Below, one piece after another: positions 18,518 through 27,266 of a stretch of 64,000 nt of DNA; within the stretch, counting starts at the first letter, position 1, and every line of letters starts with the position of its first letter. The notes below the pieces were generated by a model. The model was given only the letters and a program-made list of their open reading frames with translations, did not search any database and was not told the DNA's origin. This DNA is from a virus: positions 111 to 64,110 of the IMG/VR virus record IMGVR_UViG_3300025689_000508, one strand, 5' to 3'. The translations under genes and the position numbers were made by a program.

Positions 18518-19159
18518 CTAATGATGGTCAACTTTTTGAATTGGTTTCTTGTCCATAATGTCTTTGATTTCCGAGAAACTCAAAGGTTTATGGAACAAAT
18601 CCCAACCGACATCCAAAATCTTTCCGTAACTAGATTCGGGACGGGTAGTAGGGAGACTTCCGTGTGAATGACCACAAAGGCACCAAGAACCATTGTGTCT
18701 TTCATTCCATATCTGAAAAGCATAATGAGAAAGTATAATCAACTGTTTGTTGACAACCACTTCGTGATAATGCCCCAGATAGGTAATATTCTTATACCTC
18801 ACGGGGTAGATCCAATCGAATCGGACACCGGGGCCAATTACCTTGTCCCTTTCGGGACGATAAACCGTCTTTTCGTGTGGATTATTATGGTTTCCCCAAA
18901 GACACAAAACATTCCTACAAACAATTTGGTCAAGGTATCTATCCAATTGTTCCATCGAGGTATTCAAACACAAATCTCCAAGATTAAACAATATGTCACC
19001 CTCACGAACGTATTGGTTCGTAATGTCGATAATACTCTGTGTGTGATGCTCCGCAGATGTATATCCACGAGCTTTCCATATGAACTCTTTTTGATGACCA
19101 AGATGCCAGTCGGTTGTAAACCAGACCTTTAATTCTGGCGACTCAGTAATACTAAACAT
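18518..19159 (-). CDS. Calcineurin-like metallophosphoesterase
   Basis: TDWHLGH, LGD, GNHN, SHYA, GHSH. Confidence 0.9.
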   Translation of the reverse strand: MFSITESPELKVWFTTDWHLGHQKEFIWKARGYTSAEHHTQSIIDITNQYVREGDILFNLGDLCLNTSMEQLDRYLDQIVCRNVLCLWGNHNNPHEKTVYRPERDKVIGPGVRFDWIYPVRYKNITYLGHYHEVVVNKQLIILSHYAFQIWNERHNGSWCLCGHSHGSLPTTRPESSYGKILDVGWDLFHKPLSFSEIKDIMDKKPIQKVDHH

Positions 19160-19161
19160 AT

Positions 19162-19731
19162 TTAGGATTTTCTATTTACTATGTTCAAAAGACACTTCAA
19201 CACTTCAACCGTTTGGAGTACATCTGTTTTGGCATTATGTAACTCTCCTTTTGATGGAAGTTTGAAATATTCCACCAACGAACCCAACGAGCCAGAAACA
19301 TCCCTTGGGAATAGACCAGCGGCTCTCAAGAATTGAGCAGCATTTCCGGTGTCGAGCACTCGATAGGATACGAAATTTTCCCACGAACCTTGACTAATCA
19401 AAGTCGGGTATATCCTGCGAACATCAAATGCAACGCCGTGACCCACCGGAATAAGCTTTTCACCCTGATAATTCTTCTCAATGAACTTATAGAGCAAAGT
19501 TTTGGCTTCTTTGTAAGGAATAGCAACCTTATCGTGCTCAATGAGATTGATTTTGTTAATTTCTAATGCACGAGCGGTAGTAACGTAGTTTCCATCATCG
19601 GGCTTAACCTTCAAGTCAAGTTCGTCAACCACACAAAAATTCTCATTTAATACCGCCAAAAACAAGGTCAAGAGACTAGTCTCGGGTGTAACCCCTCCAG
19701 TTTCAGTATCTAAAGCAATATAAGTATTCAT
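19162..19731 (-). CDS. DEDDh 3'-5' exonuclease (DnaQ-like)
   Basis: LDTETGG, GHGVAFD, LHNAKTD. Confidence 0.88.
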   Translation of the reverse strand: MNTYIALDTETGGVTPETSLLTLFLAVLNENFCVVDELDLKVKPDDGNYVTTARALEINKINLIEHDKVAIPYKEAKTLLYKFIEKNYQGEKLIPVGHGVAFDVRRIYPTLISQGSWENFVSYRVLDTGNAAQFLRAAGLFPRDVSGSLGSLVEYFKLPSKGELHNAKTDVLQTVEVLKCLLNIVNRKS

Positions 19732-19771
19732 TTTAACATATGCTACGGATTTTCAAACAGAAGTCAATAAC

Positions 19772-19796
19772 AAAAAACCGTCCCCTTCGGAGACGG
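19772..19796 (-). terminator. Intrinsic terminator downstream of DNA ligase
   Basis: CCGTCTCC-GAA-GGGGACGG hairpin followed by TTTTTT on minus strand. Confidence 0.7.
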
Positions 19797-19853
19797 CGAT
19801 AAGAAAAACAAAAGTTATTAACTTATCATTGATTTCACTACCAGTCAAGAAGT

Positions 19854-21038
19854 TTATTCATAATCTCGAATGGCAATGATTTTGGCAAATCGAGGAACCC
19901 CATCAGGAGTATAGTTTTGGAATCGCACAGTTGCCTTTTTGCCAATGACTTTCTTCTTTTCGACCAAAAGGCGGCGGAAAAAGTCACGGTTTCCTTTAGA
20001 ATCACATTCAAAAGTTCTTCCTCCCTTGAGCTTTAGAACAACCCTTCCCATCATTCCGGAACGGTTACCATCGCCTTCCAAAACATCTACGATTTCAAAT
20101 TCATCATCCTGAAAAAGCTTATATTTGAGAATAAGATATGAACGCTTATCGGGTTCATAGTCGCCTTCGGGAAGGTTCATCATACAACCTTCAAACCCTT
20201 GCTTGACACATTCTTCCAAGTACTTGTCAATATCCGCCTCAGAAAAGATAAGAGTGTGCTCACAAAGCTTAATCCAACGATTGTTTTTGAACCGTTCTTG
20301 AATGTTTTTCTTAAGCCATTTATACCTTTCAGTATAGCCGCCCTTAACGGAAGGCACGTCGAAAATATGATATTCGAGATTGGCTTCACTCTCTACCAAA
20401 TCAGCCTCCGTCGGCTTTTGCTTTTTGGCAAGTGAAATTATTTTATCAAAATCCGATTTTAGGGCGTGAGTATAACACTCTCCATCAAGAACCAAATTGG
20501 GATTCTCTACAAAAAGTTGTTGCAATTCTCTCGTGATATGAGGAAAGGAAACAAACTTGTTGCCCAAACGAGACCATGCGCCTTCACGGTTAATAATACA
20601 CCGGAGACCATCCATTTTAGGACTTGCCCAAACACCTTTTTTCCAATCAATGGGACGACGACTTTCAATGGTGTTGTCATCTTTCAACTTGACATATTTT
20701 TGGGCAAGCATTGGAGCGAAGAAACGCATCTTGTCAATGTCAGCTTCATCCTGCCAATAGCCGCCTTGTTTAAGCTTCTTCTGCATTGCAGCCTTGGCTT
20801 CTTTATGAGCTTGTTCTTCACCAGTAGTTTCGTTGGCTCGGCCAATGTTCTTACCTTGGCAGATTGTCCATTCCGTAGTGGTTAAGATTCCATTTTTTTG
20901 ACCCGTAATAAACCTGTATTTATTTCCCTCAACTTCAACTTGCCAAGTCTGAACGGCACCTGTATTGGTGCGGGAATACAGCACCGGATAAGGATTAATC
21001 TTTTTCGCTTTCTCCAGAAAATCGTCTAGTAATGACAT
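19854..21038 (-). CDS. ATP-dependent DNA ligase
   Basis: SPKMDGLRC (KxDG), LDGECY, YHIFD, EGCM, LKYK, TVRFQ...PRF. Confidence 0.92.
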   Translation of the reverse strand: MSLLDDFLEKAKKINPYPVLYSRTNTGAVQTWQVEVEGNKYRFITGQKNGILTTTEWTICQGKNIGRANETTGEEQAHKEAKAAMQKKLKQGGYWQDEADIDKMRFFAPMLAQKYVKLKDDNTIESRRPIDWKKGVWASPKMDGLRCIINREGAWSRLGNKFVSFPHITRELQQLFVENPNLVLDGECYTHALKSDFDKIISLAKKQKPTEADLVESEANLEYHIFDVPSVKGGYTERYKWLKKNIQERFKNNRWIKLCEHTLIFSEADIDKYLEECVKQGFEGCMMNLPEGDYEPDKRSYLILKYKLFQDDEFEIVDVLEGDGNRSGMMGRVVLKLKGGRTFECDSKGNRDFFRRLLVEKKKVIGKKATVRFQNYTPDGVPRFAKIIAIRDYE

Positions 21039-21089
21039 GCTAATATCCTACCTATTTGAGGGCAGAAGTCAACTGTTTTCTGATTTTCA

Positions 21090-21377
21090 TTAGCGATTTG
21101 ATTCTTCGTCGGGATTGTCACATTCATCTGTTTCATCGGATTTCCCAGAAAAGCCGTTAAAAAGATTCTGAATACCAACAGAATCCGAACGGCAACCGGA
21201 ATGAAATCCCAACGTTTTTTCCTCAGTATTACCCGTTAAACGAAGGGCTTTATTATCATCAAAAAACTTCAAGTATTCTTCTTGGTCCCGATAAGCACAG
21301 GTAAGCATGAGATATGCCCGAATCTTATCATGTTCAATCCAATGATACAAACGAGCAAGAACATGTAACTTCGCCAA
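21090..21377 (-). CDS. Hypothetical protein
   Basis: ORF between thyA and ligase. Confidence 0.45.
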   Translation of the reverse strand: MAKLHVLARLYHWIEHDKIRAYLMLTCAYRDQEEYLKFFDDNKALRLTGNTEEKTLGFHSGCRSDSVGIQNLFNGFSGKSDETDECDNPDEESNR

Positions 21378-21404
21378 CTTCGAATTTGAAGTCTTTTTTC
21401 CTAT

Positions 21405-22604
21405 TCATACTGCTATGGGTGCTTTAATGGTTGGATGTGGGTCGTATCCCTCAAGTTTTATATCCTCGAATTGAAACTTAAACAAATCATTGATTTGAGT
21501 ATTCAACCACAATCGTGGTAAAGATTTAGGAGTTCTAGAGAGTTGTTCTTTTACTTGCTCCATGTGATTTTCGTAAATATGTAAATCTCCGGCTACGTAA
21601 GTCAAGATACCGGGATGCATATTTACTACTTGAGCAGTCATTGCCAATAGTAAAGAATAACTTGTAATATTGAACGGCATTCCGAGGAAAAAATCGTTGC
21701 TCCTGATATACATTAGAAGGTTTAGACGGCGGGTTGGAATATTCAATGCGTCATATTGTTTTTTATTTAACTCATGAACGCTAGTCCATCCAACATTATG
21801 CCCTCGGGACTCGGCAATATTACATCTTTCCAAATCGGTTAACTCTTCGGTATTGAAATGAAATAAACAATGACACGGTGGCAATACACAATGGTCAACC
21901 CAATAAGGATGCCACGCACTAACTATTATACGGCGGTCATCTGGATTTGTCTTGAGCGTGTCAACTACTTTATGGAGTTGGTCCACGACTCCAAATACTT
22001 CTTCCTCCTTGTAATAGTAATCAATATTTGGGATTTTCCCGTCGTAGGATAGTGTCGCAGCCTCGGGGTTATCTTGGAAAAACTTATCATCCGGACACCA
22101 AAAAGGAAACGCTCTCCACATGCTACCATAAGTACCTTCTCCAAGATTTCCCCATGTGCGAACCCACCGGTCGTCAGCAGGAAGGTCTTTAAGACGCCTT
22201 ATGAATGCATCCATATTTGGACAGTCTTTAGTACCACATGCATCATTATATCGTTTGTAGGCCCACTCATTCCAAATACTCACCCCATTATCCACAAGGT
22301 ATTTGATGTTGGTATCACCTTTGATGAACCAAAGGAGTTCATGAACGACGGACTTGAAATGAACTTTTTTTGTTGTTAGAATTGGAAAAGCATCCATTCG
22401 AACTTCAAACTTGGCCATTTCACCAAAAAGACTAATAGTGTCAACTCCGGTGCGATTCTTTTTGCATCGGCCATATTTGAGAATATTTTTTAAGAGCCGA
22501 AAGTACTCTTCGTCGGTTTGATTCCCATTACCTTTGGGATCATTTGTAAGAGGGAAAGATTGAAGACAACACTCGTTTGCCGAAATTATTTCAGAAGTAG
22601 TCAT
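21405..22604 (-). CDS. thyA: Thymidylate synthase
   Basis: RTGVDT, ELLWFIKG, LPPCH, RSNDFFLGMPFN, DLHIYENH. Confidence 0.97.
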   Translation of the reverse strand: MTTSEIISANECCLQSFPLTNDPKGNGNQTDEEYFRLLKNILKYGRCKKNRTGVDTISLFGEMAKFEVRMDAFPILTTKKVHFKSVVHELLWFIKGDTNIKYLVDNGVSIWNEWAYKRYNDACGTKDCPNMDAFIRRLKDLPADDRWVRTWGNLGEGTYGSMWRAFPFWCPDDKFFQDNPEAATLSYDGKIPNIDYYYKEEEVFGVVDQLHKVVDTLKTNPDDRRIIVSAWHPYWVDHCVLPPCHCLFHFNTEELTDLERCNIAESRGHNVGWTSVHELNKKQYDALNIPTRRLNLLMYIRSNDFFLGMPFNITSYSLLLAMTAQVVNMHPGILTYVAGDLHIYENHMEQVKEQLSRTPKSLPRLWLNTQINDLFKFQFEDIKLEGYDPHPTIKAPIAV

Positions 22605-22609
22605 TTATT

Positions 22610-23086
22610 TTATTTCCAGTATTTCACAATCCAGAAGTTTTTAGTTTCTCGAATTACTGCCCCATTAGGAAACAAGTGTTCAAATTCGGGCATATAGGTA
22701 TCTCCTTCATATTCTTCTAGAATATGAGTAACATAGATACTCGAACAGAGAGGAAGAAACTCTTTATAGACTTTGGCCCCGCCACAGAGCCACATGTTTC
22801 GAAATTTCTCCGGATCTTTATGAAATTGTTCTACTACCCATTCACCGCTTACGTAGCATGTAGAGGTTCCCAATGGAGTCAAAAGCTTTGCCCTATCAGT
22901 TGTCAAAATATATGTGAACCTTCCGGGAAGAGGTTTTCCAAGTGCTTCAAACGTAGTTCTTCCCATCAACAGGTTTTTGCCCACGGTACTATCCTTGAAG
23001 AATTTTAAGTCCTCGGGATAGTGCCAAGGAATTTTCCCACGGTATCCAATAACCCGATACGGGTCCATTGCTGTTATAGCTCTCAT
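22610..23086 (-). CDS. folA: Dihydrofolate reductase
   Basis: IGYRGKIPWHYPEDLKFFK, MGRTTFE, LPGR, GGAKVY, GDTYMP. Confidence 0.95.
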   Translation of the reverse strand: MRAITAMDPYRVIGYRGKIPWHYPEDLKFFKDSTVGKNLLMGRTTFEALGKPLPGRFTYILTTDRAKLLTPLGTSTCYVSGEWVVEQFHKDPEKFRNMWLCGGAKVYKEFLPLCSSIYVTHILEEYEGDTYMPEFEHLFPNGAVIRETKNFWIVKYWK

Positions 23087-23285
23087 TATATTGGTGTTTC
23101 AGTATCATCGGTTAACCAAGTGGCGGCAATGTCTCCAGTTTTCTCCATCCACTCAAAACATCGTTTAGCGGTTCGTGGACTGAAAATACAAAATACCATC
23201 CAGAGCATCATTCCACCCAGACCAATCGTCATCGCCCAACAGATTACTGCTATTAATCCAAAAAAATCGTTTTAAAGGTTTCATA

Positions 23286-23630
23286 TCAATAAAATTCAGC
23301 AAACTTTGCCTTAAGGACATTAAATGTTTCTTTATCTTGCCACAAAATAGCATTACTTGCCATTGTGGACCATGGCTCCGGACAGTTGGAAGAAACAAAC
23401 TCCAAAAAAATTGTTTCCTTCTTGGTGAGCCGTTTTTCCGAATTTCCCCTAGTATTATTTTCTAGAATAAGAGCGTCAACAATCCGCATGGCGTTATATT
23501 TGTCAGTAGCATGAGCCATTACTTCTTCCTGACCGGCTCCAAGTGTATGCCAAACTTCAATCGGGCGAGTGGTTTCCCACCCATCTTCAAGGAAACACCA
23601 AGCCCAATCGTTTCCGTATTTTTTACTCAT
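23286..23630 (-). CDS. Hypothetical protein
   Basis: 114-aa ORF in the minus-strand run. Confidence 0.55.
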   Translation of the reverse strand: MSKKYGNDWAWCFLEDGWETTRPIEVWHTLGAGQEEVMAHATDKYNAMRIVDALILENNTRGNSEKRLTKKETIFLEFVSSNCPEPWSTMASNAILWQDKETFNVLKAKFAEFY

Positions 23631-23663
23631 AGTCGTTCAACCTCTTATTTACTGTTGACGATC

Positions 23664-24476
23664 TTATTCATACTTTGGAATCATTTCCAGAAGCTTACCG
23701 TTGTCTTTGGTGAAGACCCAAGCATCCTTAGAAACCCAACGAGTTCTCTGAACAACGCTGTCTTGAACCTGAACTTCAAAGATTTCTTTTACAATAAGCC
23801 TACCGTTCTTCTGGCTGTCGGTAAAATCCGTAGCCCAGTTGATACCCTTCTGATGGAGCATTTCATGCATATCAGATTGGCTCTTGCCGTGAAGTTCTTT
23901 GTGTGAATAGTTAGCCTGAGCAACCATTGACACAGAGTTTCTTACACAATCTTGCTGACGCCATCGGAAGTAGTTCATTACTTCCACTCGATCAGGAATG
24001 GTAAACCCCCGGCAGTCAAAGTAAGCTGATGGACAGCTTTCAATGAATTTCCATTTCTTTCCTTCACCCTTTGTCACCATTGTCATAGCTTTGTCATCTT
24101 TATCCCAAATCCAACGGGCATAACGATTGCGGTTGAATTCCGCAGTCATGATGCTGGCGGCAACGGAAACCATTTTTTGAAGGTTTCCATCAAACCAAGC
24201 CGAAGTAGATGGCTTCGCAAAATCCGTTAGGAGAACAGAGATTTCGTCGCTCTGGGTGTAAGCAAACACCGCACCCTGTAGTTCAGAAAGCATCGCAATG
24301 ATTGCGGCATCAATATCCTCAAACAAAGCACTGTCAAATGGCTTCTCCAAACCACGAGTGTACGTGTGGAATGCCTTACCATCCAACCGAAGAATAGTGT
24401 AAGTCCGCCGAGGCAGAAGGAACCGAGTCCTGTCCTCATACTGCGATTTCATTCTATCACCAAGCTGATCTTCCAT
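23664..24476 (-). CDS. tRNA-His guanylyltransferase (Thg1-like)
   Basis: RLDGKAFHTYT, YTQSDEIS, FDCRGF, WRQQDCVRNS. Confidence 0.92.
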   Translation of the reverse strand: MEDQLGDRMKSQYEDRTRFLLPRRTYTILRLDGKAFHTYTRGLEKPFDSALFEDIDAAIIAMLSELQGAVFAYTQSDEISVLLTDFAKPSTSAWFDGNLQKMVSVAASIMTAEFNRNRYARWIWDKDDKAMTMVTKGEGKKWKFIESCPSAYFDCRGFTIPDRVEVMNYFRWRQQDCVRNSVSMVAQANYSHKELHGKSQSDMHEMLHQKGINWATDFTDSQKNGRLIVKEIFEVQVQDSVVQRTRWVSKDAWVFTKDNGKLLEMIPKYE

Positions 24477-24517
24477 GGTGACTACTATAACAAGAAGCGG
24501 CTAAAAAGTCAAGCGGA

Positions 24518-24721
24518 TTATATTGTGTCAGCGACGATAATGTATTCGAAGTTGATGGACTCGCCTTGCATGTGAGCAAAACGCTTCCTCATGTGGTTCT
24601 CAAACTTATTGCGTGCCTCAACGGTGCTCGAAGCATTGACCATTTGAGTAACAACTTGTTCGAAGGGTCCGGAAATTCCGAAAACTTTGATAATAACTTT
24701 ACATTGTATCCAATATAGCAT
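24518..24721 (-). CDS. Hypothetical protein
   Basis: 67-aa ORF preceded by GGAG. Confidence 0.5.
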   Translation of the reverse strand: MLYWIQCKVIIKVFGISGPFEQVVTQMVNASSTVEARNKFENHMRKRFAHMQGESINFEYIIVADTI

Positions 24722-24732
24722 ATGTGTGTCTC

Positions 24733-24972
24733 CTAAAATGGACAGGATATTAATTTATCCTCTTCCACGATTACGCATAAATATTTGTACCGTTCCGTAA
24801 TACGTGGATTTTTTGGGTACACTGCGTAAAAATTCGTCCCGTCGGCATGTCTATAAAAAGCCGCTACATTTCCCCTTCCTTGTCCGTAATCTGGAATATC
24901 GAAATAGACTTCTTCGCCGGGGTCGAAACGGGGTGGTTTATTCGATTTTGTATCAGTCGATTTTAGCATCAA
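24733..24972 (-). CDS. Hypothetical protein
   Basis: 79-aa ORF. Confidence 0.5.
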   Translation of the reverse strand: MMLKSTDTKSNKPPRFDPGEEVYFDIPDYGQGRGNVAAFYRHADGTNFYAVYPKNPRITERYKYLCVIVEEDKLISCPF

Positions 24973-25255
24973 AATGCTTTTTGTAACTCCGGCATTTCGT
25001 CGTGATTACATTGAGCAAAAACGACGTTTCTTCCGGACTGAGTTTTTGAGAAGTCTTTACTCGTTCAATAAACTGTTGTTGAACAAGGCGACAAAGATAA
25101 CGTTGAGTTGAGGGTTCTTTCACAGAGAAAAGATTCCTCAAAACAGCACCTAGTTCGCTCAAAGTAGAACTGACGTATCTTCTCGAACGTGGATTGTTTT
25201 CAACAATTTCCGCCAGCTTAATGGCGGCACCCGAATTACCGAACGGAGTTTTCAT
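24953..25255 (-). CDS. Hypothetical protein (start MKTPF inferred)
   Basis: ATGA overlap with the upstream stop at 25252. Confidence 0.5.
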   Translation of the reverse strand: MKTPFGNSGAAIKLAEIVENNPRSRRYVSSTLSELGAVLRNLFSVKEPSTQRYLCRLVQQQFIERVKTSQKLSPEETSFLLNVITTKCRSYKKHFDAKID

Positions 25256-25944
25256 TTTGTTGGAGGAATAAAAGGAACTTTCGGTTTTCCCAAATGTGGA
25301 AACTTCTTGGTCCATTTGGACCAGTCAAACTGAAAATCATGTCGAACTTCATGTAATCTCATTGGAGTTGTCAAAACATATTTACCATTATTCTGACGTT
25401 CCAACAATAAATATTCACAATTTCGTGGATTTGCCCAACTTTCGAATTCTTCTACTGAGGTATGGAAAAACCTCATTATGAAGCACCTCATCGCCATGCC
25501 GTGTGTTACAATGATGACGTTCCGAGGAAAAGATTCTTTTTTGAAATCCCTAAACATTGTTCCCATGAAATCGCTCATGCGGTCATAAACATCCGCACAG
25601 GACTCCCCATTATAAAATCGGAAGTACATGTGACCGTAATCGTTCCGAGCCTTTTCTTGTTTCCATTTTACACCCGTTGCCGTAACCATATCCTGACCCC
25701 ATTCTTGTTCTCGAAGTCGGGGATCTTCGTAGTAAGAAATAAGGTGTTGAGGAAATTCATTAGCAATATCTAGAAACGTCTGGCGGGTTCTCCAAAATGG
25801 AGACACGTAAAAATGAACTGGATTCGGTCCCATTATTTTGAAGAGTTCCTTACCAACAAGAGCAGCTTGCTGGTGGCCCTTCTCGGTTAGAGGAATAGCA
25901 TAGTCAGGAATTTCTTTGTAAATACCCTTGTCTATATTTCCTTG
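25252..25944 (-). pseudogene. Histidine phosphatase (PGM family) lacking the N-terminal RHG motif
   Basis: Frame reads QGNIDKGIYKEIPDYAIPLTEKGHQQA...SPFWRTRQT...RLREQEWG...IIVTHG, but a TGA at 25960..25962 closes it with no RHG upstream. Confidence 0.6.
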
Positions 25945-26417
25945 ATAAACCCCAACTGTTCAAGGGTAAACTTTTTTTCTCGGAGAAGTTTCCTAAGCAT
26001 TTCCAACCGAAGCGTAACTAATACCTGTTCGATAGTTGCACAATTGCTAAATCGAGATTTCTTTTTGCTTCGCCGTGCTTTAACCCACTCGGTCATCAAT
26101 TGTTCGGATAGGTCAGCAGACCCATATGCTTCGGTATTTGCAAAATGAAATGGAGACTCCATGAAGGTACTGAAATCACCATATCCAATGCCAAATTCCC
26201 ATTCAAATTCGTGATATCCCTCATACCACGTTGGCTCAGAACCGTGGTTGAAATTAATAGAAAGTTCATAGCACCGCATCTGAGTATCATCTTGATGAGT
26301 ATCGTAAAGAACTCCAGTGTAGTCACAAATAAACTTACGGCTACTTCGGAGAAGCACGGGATTTACTGGTTTACCAGTCTGGGGATCAAAACGGGCGGAG
26401 CTACTGTAGAGATACAT
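25932..26417 (-). CDS. Hypothetical protein
   Basis: 161-aa ORF whose 3' end overlaps the truncated phosphatase. Confidence 0.6.
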   Translation of the reverse strand: MYLYSSSARFDPQTGKPVNPVLLRSSRKFICDYTGVLYDTHQDDTQMRCYELSINFNHGSEPTWYEGYHEFEWEFGIGYGDFSTFMESPFHFANTEAYGSADLSEQLMTEWVKARRSKKKSRFSNCATIEQVLVTLRLEMLRKLLREKKFTLEQLGFIKEI

Positions 26418-26829
26418 AATGGTTTAAGTAATAAGCAATCACATGAAGGTGACAAAGATTGGGGTGGCACCAACAACCAATCCGTTTTCCTTTGAGGGCG
26501 TAAATGGCATTTCGAAACTCTACATCTTTTGCCATTCTATCAAAGAAATAGTCAATGTATTTAAGAATGACATCAACTCGGGTTCCATCTTTTCCTATAC
26601 GATATGGATTTCCATAGATGGACGGCCTGCCGCAGTAAACGTCCGGTTTTTCATGCCGAACGTTTACTACAACAGTAGGGGATTCGTTCCTAGGCAACTC
26701 GCCTGCGAAGTTGCAGGGGAGAGCGGAGGATATAGTTACTGATGTACTGGAGGGTTCCATCTTCACGCAACTCACGAATTTGTCGTTTCGTGAAGGTAAG
26801 ACCATTATAGGGTCCAATGTACTCGCCAT
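26401..26829 (-). CDS. DUF4326-like protein (start uncertain)
   Basis: DVYCGRPSIYGNPY, LKGKRIGCWCHPNLCH. Confidence 0.75.
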   Translation of the reverse strand: MASTLDPIMVLPSRNDKFVSCVKMEPSSTSVTISSALPCNFAGELPRNESPTVVVNVRHEKPDVYCGRPSIYGNPYRIGKDGTRVDVILKYIDYFFDRMAKDVEFRNAIYALKGKRIGCWCHPNLCHLHVIAYYLNHYVSLQ

Positions 26830-26890
26830 GGCTCTTATAAAAAATAGCTAGGCGGTTACGAGGACGGCGATTTGATTTACGATTCTTCAT
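26690..26890 (-). CDS. Small basic phage protein
   Basis: 66-aa Arg/Lys-rich ORF. Confidence 0.55.
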   Translation of the reverse strand: MKNRKSNRRPRNRLAIFYKSHGEYIGPYNGLTFTKRQIRELREDGTLQYISNYILRSPLQLRRRVA

Positions 26891-27167
26891 TTGTTTGTGT
26901 ATTTTGATTTTTTGGCTTTATTTCTGGACGAGGCTGATATCCAGACGGAAACTTTTCAGGATTCATTTCGTAGAGTTTATCAGCCGCTTTCCAACTTCCA
27001 AGTAAGAGAGCAGCCATATTCTTCTCTGGAAACATCGCTATCGATATGTATGTTAAACAATCCGCATCGAGCTTTTCCTGATCATTTACATACTGGAGCA
27101 ATATCTCAGTATCATCCATATCAGGAGGAAACCGAGACAGTGATTTTCTCAACTCACCCAGATTCAT
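26877..27167 (-). CDS. Hypothetical protein
   Basis: 96-aa ORF behind a TTGACA motif. Confidence 0.55.
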   Translation of the reverse strand: MNLGELRKSLSRFPPDMDDTEILLQYVNDQEKLDADCLTYISIAMFPEKNMAALLLGSWKAADKLYEMNPEKFPSGYQPRPEIKPKNQNTQTNEES

Positions 27168-27224
27168 TATCGAGCTTCATCTTACCACAGTTTCTATCTA
27201 CTGTCAAGCTTATAAAAACAAAAT

Positions 27225-27248
27225 CCCCGGTAACTTTCGCTACCGGGG
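27225..27248 (-). terminator. Intrinsic terminator after the TerD-like gene
   Basis: CCCCGGTA/TACCGGGG 8-bp stem followed by ATTTTGTTTTT on minus strand. Confidence 0.75.
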
Positions 27249-27266
27249 TGAATCAACCTAAATTGA

